Positions 30,240-39,335 of a stretch of 64,000 nt of DNA are shown here, piece by piece. A program made the position numbers and the translations under genes. Where the stretch lies: IMG/VR virus record IMGVR_UViG_3300020460_000012; one strand, written 5' to 3'. The notes below the pieces were generated by a model. It was not told where the DNA came from, made no database searches, and saw only the letters and a list, made by a program, of their open reading frames with translations. Position 1 is the stretch's first letter. Every line of letters begins with the position of its first letter. Origin of the DNA: a virus. Its lineage: Duplodnaviria; Caudoviricetes.

Positions 30240-30971
30240 TCAAAGTTTGAAATATTCTGTGTTATTATCAGAATCATGTTCTTTTTTTAAGTCTGGCTTT
30301 TTAAAGAACTTTTCTGGATCAATAAAGGTCCTATGCTCCAAATGTTCTAGACATCCGAAGTATGGAGGCATATACAAGTATATGTCCATTGCTAAACTTA
30401 CTCTTGGTTCTTCTCCCTCATATACTGGAACAAAATGTTCTACATATCCAGGAAAAAATGTTAAGCCTCCTTTTACATTTGGTAATGACACAGCCATTTC
30501 CATATGTTCATAAACTGTGCTACTATCTTTATAGTCGTCCAAATGCATATTTGCACTTAGATAAGTAGATTCTCCCGCACAATGTCGGTGTGTATCAATT
30601 TTATCACCTTTACGTAATATATTATACCAACAAGTAAAATGTAAATGATAGGGCTGGGTTTTATCTTGGAATATAAATTCTGCCCATTGAAATCTTATAA
30701 ATTCAAGCAAATCTTTCAATTCAGGACATTCATCTGCAAAGTCAAATACATGATATCTACCATATCTAGTAGTAACTTTATCTTCATCTAATCCTGTTCT
30801 TCCTTGTCCTTGCCACGGAAGTTTTAGGACTTCTTCTTCTTTTCCTATTAAGAAATTTCTTATTGTATCTATTTTATCTTTCTGATCCCACTGTGCAAAT
30901 CCTAGTGGTGCGTCCCATGAAGGAGCATAAGGGGTTACAGGCTGTTGGCTCTTTAACCTTGTAATGTGCAT
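30240..30971 (-). CDS. Putative 2OG-Fe(II) oxygenase (TIGR02466-like)
   Basis: 'CWYNI', 'THRH', 'LTFFPGYVEHFV', 'RVSLAMD'. Confidence 0.65.
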   Translation of the reverse strand: MHITRLKSQQPVTPYAPSWDAPLGFAQWDQKDKIDTIRNFLIGKEEEVLKLPWQGQGRTGLDEDKVTTRYGRYHVFDFADECPELKDLLEFIRFQWAEFIFQDKTQPYHLHFTCWYNILRKGDKIDTHRHCAGESTYLSANMHLDDYKDSSTVYEHMEMAVSLPNVKGGLTFFPGYVEHFVPVYEGEEPRVSLAMDIYLYMPPYFGCLEHLEHRTFIDPEKFFKKPDLKKEHDSDNNTEYFKL

Positions 30972-31417
30972 TAAGACACCTCAGACTTTCCCTTGTCAAT
31001 AGGTACAACATTTATGTATCCCATATCTCTGTCTGTAGATTGTCCTTCTTCTTCTAGCATTTGTATAACAATGCTTCTAAACCAAGCATCAACAATAGCT
31101 TCATTTGTTTCGCCACTGTATCCTGCGTCAAGTAGTTCTTCAATAAATTGATTGTTCCAATCAAGTTCGAAGAATCCGTTTTTAATATTTTCAGGATTTA
31201 CCTGCGTATCGAGTACTGCTACCCAAGCTTTGCCCGCTTTAGTTGCTTCTTGTTTTTCTTTTTCAAGAACTGCTCTTCTTTCATCTTCTGAAGAAACTGG
31301 CACAACTTCTGGTTCGGGTTTCTTTCCTAACGTTTTGTTTACAAAATCTGCAAACCAAGATTTTTCATTTTTTGTCATACAGTTATCTCCTCCTTCCTTA
31401 CTTTTGATGCCCACCAT
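30971..31417 (-). CDS. Hypothetical phage protein
   Basis: ORF; true start probably near 31378. Confidence 0.6.
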   Translation of the reverse strand: MVGIKSKEGGDNCMTKNEKSWFADFVNKTLGKKPEPEVVPVSSEDERRAVLEKEKQEATKAGKAWVAVLDTQVNPENIKNGFFELDWNNQFIEELLDAGYSGETNEAIVDAWFRSIVIQMLEEEGQSTDRDMGYINVVPIDKGKSEVS

Positions 31418-31620
31418 TTGTCAAGTATAAAATACCAAACTGAATTGGCAATCGGTTCAACAATAGCGTCTGTAGCCGCTACTGATAAAGGTACATCTGC
31501 AATTAACATCAAGCAAGTAATTGCAATTATAAAATGTCCTATGGTGTATATTACTGTTCTTGTTAAAGAACCTTTGCTTTCTCTAATTACATTCCATATT
31601 CCTACTGTTAGTTCTGTCAT
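31375..31620 (-). CDS. Small membrane protein (DUF2061-like)
   Basis: Two hydrophobic segments; 'YTIGHFII', 'EPIANSVWYFILDKWW'. Confidence 0.45.
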   Translation of the reverse strand: MTELTVGIWNVIRESKGSLTRTVIYTIGHFIIAITCLMLIADVPLSVAATDAIVEPIANSVWYFILDKWWASKVRKEEITV

Positions 31621-31713
31621 ACTAACCCCTTTCTTCTAAGCTTTTCGATATCAATAGGCGCCTTCATAGCCTTATCGAGTTGCTCTTTGCCTTTGTCTTT
31701 TTCTTTGACTTTA

Positions 31714-32613
31714 TCAAGTACCCCACGCATTTCCGAATAAGGATATGTGGAGTCTTGGCGTAAATCTCCATCCTCTTTCCATACACGCCTCCGCAACTTC
31801 TTGAACATTGAGATTATACTCTTCAGAGCGTCCCCCCAACGGCATAAGATATACCGGACAGTTGATCCCGGCGCTACGATACTCTTCGACAGCTCTAGTA
31901 ACTTCATCAAAGTCATCTTGAGTAGCAACCACAAACTTAAGATAAAGATCACTACCATCCACATTGTAATACTGACTAGCAATGTCAGGCTTAATAGCAG
32001 TATCCCAAGGTTCTCCGCTAACCGATAGTTTTGGGGAACAAGACCAAGTGATTTCAAATCTGTTTTGATTGCTGAGATAGTCGACAAAATCATCGTGTAA
32101 CTTTTGTGTAGTATTTGTTTCAAATGTAACATTTTTTAAATCTCGCATACGTGGATGATTAAATAGCTCAATGTAAAGCCGTTGCCACGCTAACAACGGT
32201 TCACCGCCAGTCATAATTAAGTGTATATCTTGTCCATTATCCTGTGTCCACTTACCTTGAGGAGTAAGTGATAGTAAATGTTCAACAACTTCATCAACTT
32301 CTGCTTGTTTGTTAAAATGTTTAAATTCAGGATATATACTTGCGTAAGTATCACAACCTGTATGTATAATAGGTAAATCGTTAAATTCTACAGTTGTTTT
32401 ATGTACTCCCCTTGCAATTAGATCAGCAACTTCAGCATTATGTTTTTTTCCTGCTTTATGTTGTTCCCATCTATCTCTTTTTTCATCTGTACCAAAGTTC
32501 ATACAACGAAAGTTACAACCAAATGTACGTAAAAAAACACTTGGCACTCCTACAAACTTGCCTTCACCTTGAACGCTATAAAAAGCTTCTGAGTATCTAA
32601 GCTTATTTCCCAC
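31714..32613 (-). CDS. queE: 7-carboxy-7-deazaguanine synthase (radical SAM)
   Basis: 'SEAFYSVQGEG..VGVPSVFLRTFGCNFRC', 'GCDT', 'TGGEPL', 'FETN', 'SCSPKL', 'PRLH'; GTG start with AGGAG SD. Confidence 0.9.
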   Translation of the reverse strand: MGNKLRYSEAFYSVQGEGKFVGVPSVFLRTFGCNFRCMNFGTDEKRDRWEQHKAGKKHNAEVADLIARGVHKTTVEFNDLPIIHTGCDTYASIYPEFKHFNKQAEVDEVVEHLLSLTPQGKWTQDNGQDIHLIMTGGEPLLAWQRLYIELFNHPRMRDLKNVTFETNTTQKLHDDFVDYLSNQNRFEITWSCSPKLSVSGEPWDTAIKPDIASQYYNVDGSDLYLKFVVATQDDFDEVTRAVEEYRSAGINCPVYLMPLGGRSEEYNLNVQEVAEACMERGWRFTPRLHISLFGNAWGT

Positions 32614-33292
32614 AAGCAAACTCCTGCTGAAGTTTTACATTGTCAATAAACTCTTTTTTAGTTGCAGGATCATTTTTAAATGCACCACGTAACACTGTAG
32701 TCTGTGTCAAACTACTGTGGGCTCTGATACCTCTGTTTTCGCAACAACCATGTGTAGCTTGAACATAAACTCCTACATGTTCGCTACCAGTTTCTTTTTG
32801 TATTGCATTTGCAATCATAACATTAAGTTCTTCTTGCAATGTTCCTCGCATAGCACACCATTGAGCAATACGTGTATATTTGCTTAGTCCTAATAATTTG
32901 GGTCCAGCAATGATACCAATATATGCTACACCTCTTACTGCTTGATGATGATGTGAACATAAACTTGTAAGTTCACTCCTAACAACCAACATACCTTCAT
33001 AACCATTTTCGATGTAGTTAGGAAAACTACTTGGATTAGGCATTGGATCATAACGACCAGACATAATCTCATTGATATACATCTTAGCCATACGCCTTGC
33101 AGTATCTTGGCTGTTAGGATCTGTTTTCGTATCAATTAACAGTTTTTGTAATACATTTTCAAAAGCAGGAACTGCTTCTTCAATTAGTTGTTGCTTATCG
33201 CCTTCTTCAAGTACATCACTAATATTGTCATTAGCCCAATACCTAATACCAGCTTCTTCTAGCTTTTCTTTAATTTCTTCTACTTTGCTCAT
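32603..33292 (-). CDS. folE: GTP cyclohydrolase I
   Basis: 'SLCSHH', 'GLSKYTR', 'LQEE', 'HGCCENRG'. Confidence 0.95.
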   Translation of the reverse strand: MSKVEEIKEKLEEAGIRYWANDNISDVLEEGDKQQLIEEAVPAFENVLQKLLIDTKTDPNSQDTARRMAKMYINEIMSGRYDPMPNPSSFPNYIENGYEGMLVVRSELTSLCSHHHQAVRGVAYIGIIAGPKLLGLSKYTRIAQWCAMRGTLQEELNVMIANAIQKETGSEHVGVYVQATHGCCENRGIRAHSSLTQTTVLRGAFKNDPATKKEFIDNVKLQQEFACGK

Positions 33293-33348
33293 TTTTTTCT
33301 CCGATGTTGAGGCAGTGGATTGCCAATACAATGCATAATTTTATTATT

Positions 33349-33377
33349 ATTATACATTGTATTTAGGTTTTTGTCAA
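33349..33377 (-). promoter_or_regulatory. sigma70 promoter TTGACA-17-TATAAT for folE-queE
   Basis: Perfect consensus. Confidence 0.85.
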
Positions 33378-33592
33378 GCGTTTTCGCTTTTATCTCCAAA
33401 GTATTTGTCTAATACTTCAAGTTGATCATGGTAAGTAGCTATTTCGTTTAGTTCTTTTTCCATAGCTTCGATAACATCAGGATGTTCACCAATTCCTGCA
33501 GGATTATTTAGGTATACTTCAACATTACCGATGTGTTTTTGTATGTGTCCGTGTGCGTGGCTACGTAGAGCCTTTAGTAATTTATCTCTCAT
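33374..33592 (-). CDS. Hypothetical protein
   Basis: ORF with GGAG SD; probable start 33592. Confidence 0.55.
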   Translation of the reverse strand: MRDKLLKALRSHAHGHIQKHIGNVEVYLNNPAGIGEHPDVIEAMEKELNEIATYHDQLEVLDKYFGDKSENA

Positions 33593-33983
33593 TTGCTTCC
33601 TCCGTAGATTTGTAATTACCTTTTGCTGGAATAACATGTCTGACTCCACCACGTGGATCTTCCATGTCTCCGTTTCTTCTAAATATTAAATGTACATGTG
33701 GGTACATGCATGTTTGTCCTGCACTCTCCCCTACATTTAATCCGACATTGTATCCAGTGATATTGTTATTTTTACTTTCAACATTGTCGTATCCCATAGT
33801 AACTGCATAATTAAAACACTTCAAAATATTTTCTTGTGTTGCTTCTCTAGGTACAATAAGAGTATGTCCTTCTGTAACTGGAAAAGCATCTTTATAGACT
33901 ATGAAATCTCTTGTCTCCAATTCAACGTCTGTCCATGGAGCTCTTTTTTGTTCTTGTGCTAGTGTAAGTGTGTCTGCCTTCAT
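33582..33983 (-). CDS. HIT-family nucleotide hydrolase
   Basis: 'FPVTEGHTLIVP', 'NVGESAGQT..YPHVHLI'. Confidence 0.9.
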   Translation of the reverse strand: MKADTLTLAQEQKRAPWTDVELETRDFIVYKDAFPVTEGHTLIVPREATQENILKCFNYAVTMGYDNVESKNNNITGYNVGLNVGESAGQTCMYPHVHLIFRRNGDMEDPRGGVRHVIPAKGNYKSTEEANER

Positions 33984-34537
33984 TCGTATTTACCTACATT
34001 TTCCCATGGATAAACTAACCAAACATCATCTTCAGCTTTGTTTATTTCATGAGCATAAAAATTTACATGATCAAAATTACTTGCAAGGTTTTCTGTTAAT
34101 ACTGCAAACTTTACAGTGTTACCCCATACTACGTCCCAAACGTCTTTTTCATTTGAAAAACATCCGGATTGCCAATCTTCTATTATCCAATTGAAGGTAG
34201 TGCCTGTATCATTAATATCATCTACGATTAAAATTTTCTTTCTTTTGTGAGGGTCAAATCGGCTTTTATATACCTCAAGCTCATTAAGTGGAACAACTCC
34301 AAAAGCATCTTCAGCCATCCAATTATTGCTTTCTAGTTTGCTATCATCACGTAGGCTTACTTTAATTGCTTCACAAGGTATACCCGTCATATTGCTTATA
34401 ATAGTTGCAGGTATATTGCCTCCTCTTGTAATGCCTACGATATAATCTGGAGTAAACTTACTTGTGTACATTGTAGTAACAATTTCTGTACACATTTTTT
34501 CAATATCTTGCCAACTATAGTAATGTTTTTTAATCAC
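33980..34537 (-). CDS. Type I purine phosphoribosyltransferase (Gpt-like)
   Basis: 'IVGITRGG', PRPP motif 'ILIVDDINDTGTT', 'WLVYPWE'. Confidence 0.85.
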   Translation of the reverse strand: MIKKHYYSWQDIEKMCTEIVTTMYTSKFTPDYIVGITRGGNIPATIISNMTGIPCEAIKVSLRDDSKLESNNWMAEDAFGVVPLNELEVYKSRFDPHKRKKILIVDDINDTGTTFNWIIEDWQSGCFSNEKDVWDVVWGNTVKFAVLTENLASNFDHVNFYAHEINKAEDDVWLVYPWENVGKYE

Positions 34538-34778
34538 AGAAGTTCCTCCAAAATTTACAGTTTGCTAACTTTGCACCTTCTGTAGGTACTGTGCATACAC
34601 GTTCATGTCTACTATTTTCCCAACAGTCTCCTGTCAGCCCACGCATTTTTGCAAATTTAGAAAAGCCATCATCAATACTTAAAATAATTATTCCTGGCAA
34701 AACAAGTCCAAACAATACAATGTTCAAAAACGCCCAACCAAAGCCTTCGTTATGATACGGTAAATTAGGATCTCCCAT
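34530..34778 (-). CDS. Small membrane protein
   Basis: One TM segment plus a Cys-containing tail. Confidence 0.5.
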   Translation of the reverse strand: MGDPNLPYHNEGFGWAFLNIVLFGLVLPGIIILSIDDGFSKFAKMRGLTGDCWENSRHERVCTVPTEGAKLANCKFWRNFCD

Positions 34779-35247
34779 TCAAATACTCCTCGCTATCAAT
34801 CCATTTATATCCAGTAGTTGCCATAGTGTTACCAATTACAAAAGGAAGAAACCCCCAGCTTTTTGCTTTTCGTCCCATATAGAATAAACTCCAACATGGA
34901 ATCTCTTTCCCGTTTTTATCTTTTTGTAATTCTAGCCAATGCAGATCGTCTGATCCTCTATATCTAAAATGTCCTGGCCCACGCCAAACTTTTGTACTGC
35001 CTACTACATGACCTTCCTGTGAATATACAGGAATATGTTCGTAATATCCGCCTTTTAGAATAAGTGTTGCATACGACCAAGGATGGTCATGTAATACCTC
35101 CTCATCACTTTTGAGAACTTTATGTAATGTTATATTAAAAGGAAACCAAGTTCTATCTTTTAAAAAAAGGTAGTATCGTACTAGATAAGGTATCTTTCCT
35201 TCTCTATCGTAAATTACTCTTTTTCTGTTTTTGAAGAAATTAATCAT
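34765..35247 (-). CDS. Cupin-like protein
   Basis: 'LHDHPWSYATLILKGGYYEH', 'HWLEL'. Confidence 0.55.
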   Translation of the reverse strand: MINFFKNRKRVIYDREGKIPYLVRYYLFLKDRTWFPFNITLHKVLKSDEEVLHDHPWSYATLILKGGYYEHIPVYSQEGHVVGSTKVWRGPGHFRYRGSDDLHWLELQKDKNGKEIPCWSLFYMGRKAKSWGFLPFVIGNTMATTGYKWIDSEEYLNGRS

Positions 35248-35606
35248 TTTTTCTTCCGCTTTCCAACCCAATCTTGATGTACCATTTTGTAAGCTATTTT
35301 AAAATTATCAAATGCTTTTTCTAATCCAGGATATTCTGCACACATATCTTGTATCTTTTCGAAGCTCGGTAAGCAATCTTCGAAATCTACAGGAGGATTT
35401 GTGTTTATATTAATTGTATCGTCTTTATATCCTGTAAGGTCAATAGTTGTATCACCAAAAGTTATATTGTTGCTAGATTCAGTTGAAATAGTATAGGTTA
35501 TATCTCCGCCTGATGAAAAGACTGGAGCATTTTCCCAGTTTCCTGTTACAGTAAAAGTATCATTTTTATCATCCACCCTTAACCTCCTCATATAAGTCTT
35601 TACCAC
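35244..35606 (-). CDS. Hypothetical protein
   Basis: ORF in operon. Confidence 0.5.
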   Translation of the reverse strand: MVKTYMRRLRVDDKNDTFTVTGNWENAPVFSSGGDITYTISTESSNNITFGDTTIDLTGYKDDTININTNPPVDFEDCLPSFEKIQDMCAEYPGLEKAFDNFKIAYKMVHQDWVGKRKKK

Positions 35607-36627
35607 TAAAAAAGTTTTTCTTTAATTTTATTGCTTGTTTTTGTAGACTAGGCAAATAGTCATCATAATTTTCTATATACTCAACAATTTGATCAATAAC
35701 TTGTTGTTTGTGTATAGTGTAAGAATTATAATCTTCTGTCCACTCACTTGGATATTTAAAAGTAGACATTGCCATTTCGCTATAACTTAGTCTGTCAGGA
35801 ACCATAGGAATAGCATCAACCAATGCACCTTCATACCAACTAATACCAAGTGTTTCTTGCAAGTTTGCACTAAACACAATCTTAGATTCGCCTAGTAGAT
35901 TATGATATTCATTTTTTGATAGTTCTCGTTCTTGACATACTACAAAGTCATATTGCGGTAGACTTTGTTTTAGATCATGAAAAATATCAATTTGTTTTTC
36001 AGGAGCAATACGATGCGGAAATAAAATTAAATCTCTTTTCTCCATATGTCTATATTGTTCTAATGAAGTACACAAATACTCCATTGGCCAACCAACTCTT
36101 ATACTTTTACGCTCAAAGTCTAAACCTTCGTCGATAAAAATGTTTTCAAACATTTCTATATGAAACTCAGTAGCAAAAAAGTTATGATCGTAACATTCAT
36201 ACATACTTGCTTCAGCTTTTCTAACCCAAGGTTTATCCCCAATAAGTCTACCTAAAAAGTCCTGCGGATCATAACTACCAGCATGCCACATACCACCAAT
36301 GTAAATGTCAACACCGAGTAGCTCTGCCATATAGCGTAATTGAATAACTGTAGGATTCCAAGCATCAGTATAAAGAAAATAATCTCCGTCTGATATTTTT
36401 CCATTACAAAACATTTCTCCGATCTGTTCTAATTGCTTAGACTTATAAACATTGGTGCCACCAAAGTTAAGGAAAGCACCAGGTGTTGTTGATTGCGGAG
36501 TATCTCCACCACTAATTACTACTACTTCTTCATTTGTAGCTCGACGCATCTGCTTCGGCAAATGTTCTTTCCACTGTTTTGTATAACGTGTGTCGACAGC
36601 TTCTATATCTACAATATGAATTGTCAT
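35569..36627 (-). CDS. GT-B glycosyltransferase (GT4-like)
   Basis: 'FPHRIAPEKQ' and E-x7-E 'ETLGISWYE', 'AIPMVPD'. Confidence 0.8.
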   Translation of the reverse strand: MTIHIVDIEAVDTRYTKQWKEHLPKQMRRATNEEVVVISGGDTPQSTTPGAFLNFGGTNVYKSKQLEQIGEMFCNGKISDGDYFLYTDAWNPTVIQLRYMAELLGVDIYIGGMWHAGSYDPQDFLGRLIGDKPWVRKAEASMYECYDHNFFATEFHIEMFENIFIDEGLDFERKSIRVGWPMEYLCTSLEQYRHMEKRDLILFPHRIAPEKQIDIFHDLKQSLPQYDFVVCQERELSKNEYHNLLGESKIVFSANLQETLGISWYEGALVDAIPMVPDRLSYSEMAMSTFKYPSEWTEDYNSYTIHKQQVIDQIVEYIENYDDYLPSLQKQAIKLKKNFFSGKDLYEEVKGG

Positions 36628-36630
36628 AAG

Positions 36631-36816
36631 TTACTTCCTCCTGCTAGCTTTCTTAGCTCTAAGCCAGCCCCTGTATTTTTCATAAGCTTGCCAATTAGGA
36701 TCTTTCTTGTTATAAAGAGCCTTTTCATCAAACTTCTTCCCTTCAAAACGGCAATAGTCACGATATACTTCAAGGTCGTTGAAGATCTTTGCCACAACCG
36801 GGTTTTTAATAGACAT
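36631..36816 (-). CDS. Hypothetical basic protein
   Basis: ORF between the T-fold gene and the GT. Confidence 0.55.
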   Translation of the reverse strand: MSIKNPVVAKIFNDLEVYRDYCRFEGKKFDEKALYNKKDPNWQAYEKYRGWLRAKKASRRK

Positions 36817-36838
36817 AGTATTAATCTTCCTTTTGTCA

Positions 36839-37333
36839 TTAACTCTTTGGGTAAAAAATTGAACAGCCGTTTTCGTTATCTTCGCTTACTTCAATTTCGA
36901 CAAAACGGCCAGGATGTCGAGTTGAAATTTGTTCGTACAATTCATCAGCAATCATTTCGCATGATTTATGATCTAGAACGAGCACCTCGCTTGTGCCCTC
37001 AGTCTGCTGATAAAGTCTTTCAAGCCATCGTTTGAATTGGATGAATTCGATGTCTCTATCGTCGTGAAACACCTCGATACGCACCCTGAAGTGGAATATA
37101 TGACGATGAGGATGACCAAGGAACGAAACATCGTCCCAATCACCTGTTGCAAGTTTTGGATCATTTAGTGCCGCCGGATAACAATGTACACCTTCCTTCG
37201 AGAATGTAACCCATATACTTCGTTCTGCATTATTTAGTTTCATATTTTTTTTGTCCTCTTGTCTTAATTTCCAAAGCATCCAGTCGTAATATCTTTCTGG
37301 TTCGGGATCATTGGTTGTTTCATCTAATGTCAT
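36839..37333 (-). CDS. QueD-like T-fold protein with LxxxHRHxF motif (DpdL-like)
   Basis: 'FLGHPHRHIFHF', 'SCEMIA', 'EVSEDNENG'; lacks the QueD CxxxHGH motif. Confidence 0.7.
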   Translation of the reverse strand: MTLDETTNDPEPERYYDWMLWKLRQEDKKNMKLNNAERSIWVTFSKEGVHCYPAALNDPKLATGDWDDVSFLGHPHRHIFHFRVRIEVFHDDRDIEFIQFKRWLERLYQQTEGTSEVLVLDHKSCEMIADELYEQISTRHPGRFVEIEVSEDNENGCSIFYPKS

Positions 37334-37337
37334 TTAC

Positions 37338-37366
37338 AGTATACTTTCATTTAACAGGTTTGTCAA
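37338..37366 (-). promoter_or_regulatory. sigma70 promoter TTGACA-17-TATACT upstream of the T-fold/GT genes
   Basis: Read directly from sequence. Confidence 0.75.
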
Positions 37367-37862
37367 GGCCATATTTGGCCCAATCCGTAAATTTATTTGA
37401 ATCCATTAAGTCATGCAGTCTGTGACTCCAAACGCCTGGATTAGTTTCAGCAAATCCTTTGTCGTCAATCTTAACCATAGTATTGTAATTCCATTGTTTT
37501 ACATATGGAATTGGTACACGGATTTGCGGAATAAAGTTGTTGTACTCTGTGAGACCGTATTCTAAAATTTCTTCAGCACAAGCAATTGGAATATCTAAAC
37601 TACACCAATAATCTTTCTTTAAAAAAGTTACAATCATCTCAGCCCATCCAGGTCCAACTCGATTAGGTTGTACACTATGGTTAGCACCAAAGAAAATATG
37701 TTCAATATTAGAATATGCAAGTAATTGTTTTTCAATATCTTTTACAGGTTGTACTCCTGCTACAAATAAAGTATACATACCATATGCTGGAGTATGCTCT
37801 ACTTCTGTACCAGTGAAGTAAGTGATGTTGTCAAATTCGCCTGCGTCATAGTTTCTTTTCAT
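37347..37862 (-). CDS. Uncharacterised protein directly downstream of dpdA
   Basis: 171-aa ORF starting 3 nt after the TGT stop. Confidence 0.7.
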   Translation of the reverse strand: MKRNYDAGEFDNITYFTGTEVEHTPAYGMYTLFVAGVQPVKDIEKQLLAYSNIEHIFFGANHSVQPNRVGPGWAEMIVTFLKKDYWCSLDIPIACAEEILEYGLTEYNNFIPQIRVPIPYVKQWNYNTMVKIDDKGFAETNPGVWSHRLHDLMDSNKFTDWAKYGLDKPVK

Positions 37863-37865
37863 AAT

Positions 37866-39335
37866 CTATCCAAATAGTTCGTTAAACTTTGTTGCCGCAT
37901 TTACAGTTTTTTTGCCTATTGCACCTCTAGTGCCGATGATAGACATCCAGAATCTTGAAAACTCTTCTATTACCAAGTTCGCTTCGTCTCTGTTGTCAGT
38001 TGCAAATATTGCTTCCACAACATCTTTAAAAAATAACCTGTCGAATTGCTCTTCAACAAGCATGTTCGGAATGACGCCATTGTCGTATTGTCTATTGGCT
38101 TCTTGTACTGCATTGATATGACTCCACACATTATGTCCCATTTGAATAGCATATGAAAAACTATCCCAACTAGTTTTACCTTCTTTACCTATTTTATTTA
38201 AATCTCCTGGACCATATACACATATATCTTTGGCTTGTAATTCTGCCGTCACAGGAGAATCTTTAAAACTTGTATGTTTACCTTCTCTTACAAATGCACT
38301 TGCAAACGGACTTGAATCGTTAGCTAAAGACTTATCGTCTATACTAGGCACCATTCGATACACCCATTTTGCTCTATCTTGTGTTTCTAGTTCACAATAA
38401 ATCTGTCCGTTTGCAGTTGCTAAGAACGGTGATGCACAATCAAATGTAACCATAAAGTTAGGATTATGATATTTTCTAACTGCTCTTTGTATGTCAGTTA
38501 ACAATGTAGCCCATTCTAATTTTGATGTGCCTAAAAAATGCATAACATCATGTACGCCTTTTTCTAATAATCCATCGAATCTCAAAGCAACCAAACGTTT
38601 CAAAACTAGATGAACATCACACATATTTTGTCCACCCATTGACCAGCCATTAAAGTGTCTATCTGGATATACTTTAGGATCGCAGTAATCTTTCATTTGA
38701 TCATACCAATCATCTGCGTCTGCGTGATTTTCTCCTTGTAAAACATTCAAAAATTTGCAATCACCTGTCCTGTGTTGCATAAAATAATCATTATTGATTC
38801 GTGTCGCTTTAACTGCTTCTGCATATGTACTAATGCCTGTTGCTTTTGCACCTTCAGGAGATCGTGAAACCCAAGCTGGAATATCAAGTATCATTCCATA
38901 GTCCATATAAGCATCCATCCAACGTAAAACACCATCACGTTTCTTTTGAGCTTTAGGACAATTAGGATCCTTCCAATCACCTTCCCAAACACCTTTACCA
39001 ATTTGGAAACCACCGGAATCGCCTAGTAACCAAGTGTTTGCCCTATCTCTATTACGAACCATATCTTCTTTAGGAACAAATTTATTAGTATCTAAATCAG
39101 CATGTCCTGCAGAGTATAGTGTCCATTTATACTGAAACATTCCTTCTTGGTTATTAAGATAATTAAGGCTTTCTACTCCGTTAGGAAAATTGCTAGGTAT
39201 TCTAGCTGGATCAACATAAGGCCCTTTAACAGGATCAGGATGACGCTGTTTACCAATATAAGTGGCAAAGAAACCACTCAATGCTGGTAAGAAAGTTGCG
39301 TAATCTTTCTGAGCTGTTGTTAAGTCTGTGATCAT
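37866..39335 (-). CDS. dpdA: Guanine transglycosylase (TGT/DpdA family)
   Basis: 'GDSGGFQ', 'MILDIP', 'VLQG', 'WSMGG', 'HFLG', 'TFDCASP'; start ATG 39335. Confidence 0.85.
   Translation of the reverse strand: MITDLTTAQKDYATFLPALSGFFATYIGKQRHPDPVKGPYVDPARIPSNFPNGVESLNYLNNQEGMFQYKWTLYSAGHADLDTNKFVPKEDMVRNRDRANTWLLGDSGGFQIGKGVWEGDWKDPNCPKAQKKRDGVLRWMDAYMDYGMILDIPAWVSRSPEGAKATGISTYAEAVKATRINNDYFMQHRTGDCKFLNVLQGENHADADDWYDQMKDYCDPKVYPDRHFNGWSMGGQNMCDVHLVLKRLVALRFDGLLEKGVHDVMHFLGTSKLEWATLLTDIQRAVRKYHNPNFMVTFDCASPFLATANGQIYCELETQDRAKWVYRMVPSIDDKSLANDSSPFASAFVREGKHTSFKDSPVTAELQAKDICVYGPGDLNKIGKEGKTSWDSFSYAIQMGHNVWSHINAVQEANRQYDNGVIPNMLVEEQFDRLFFKDVVEAIFATDNRDEANLVIEEFSRFWMSIIGTRGAIGKKTVNAATKFNELFG

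Noticed and set aside
33293-33330. folE leader as a known preQ1-I or THF-II riboswitch
   Set aside because: The sequence does not match the consensus I recall for either class; retained only as a candidate novel structure.
37866-39335. TGT as a tRNA-queuine transglycosylase
   Set aside because: No C-terminal CxCxxC...H Zn site of bacterial Tgt is visible, and it sits beside the clamp and polB; a DNA target is preferred but not proven.
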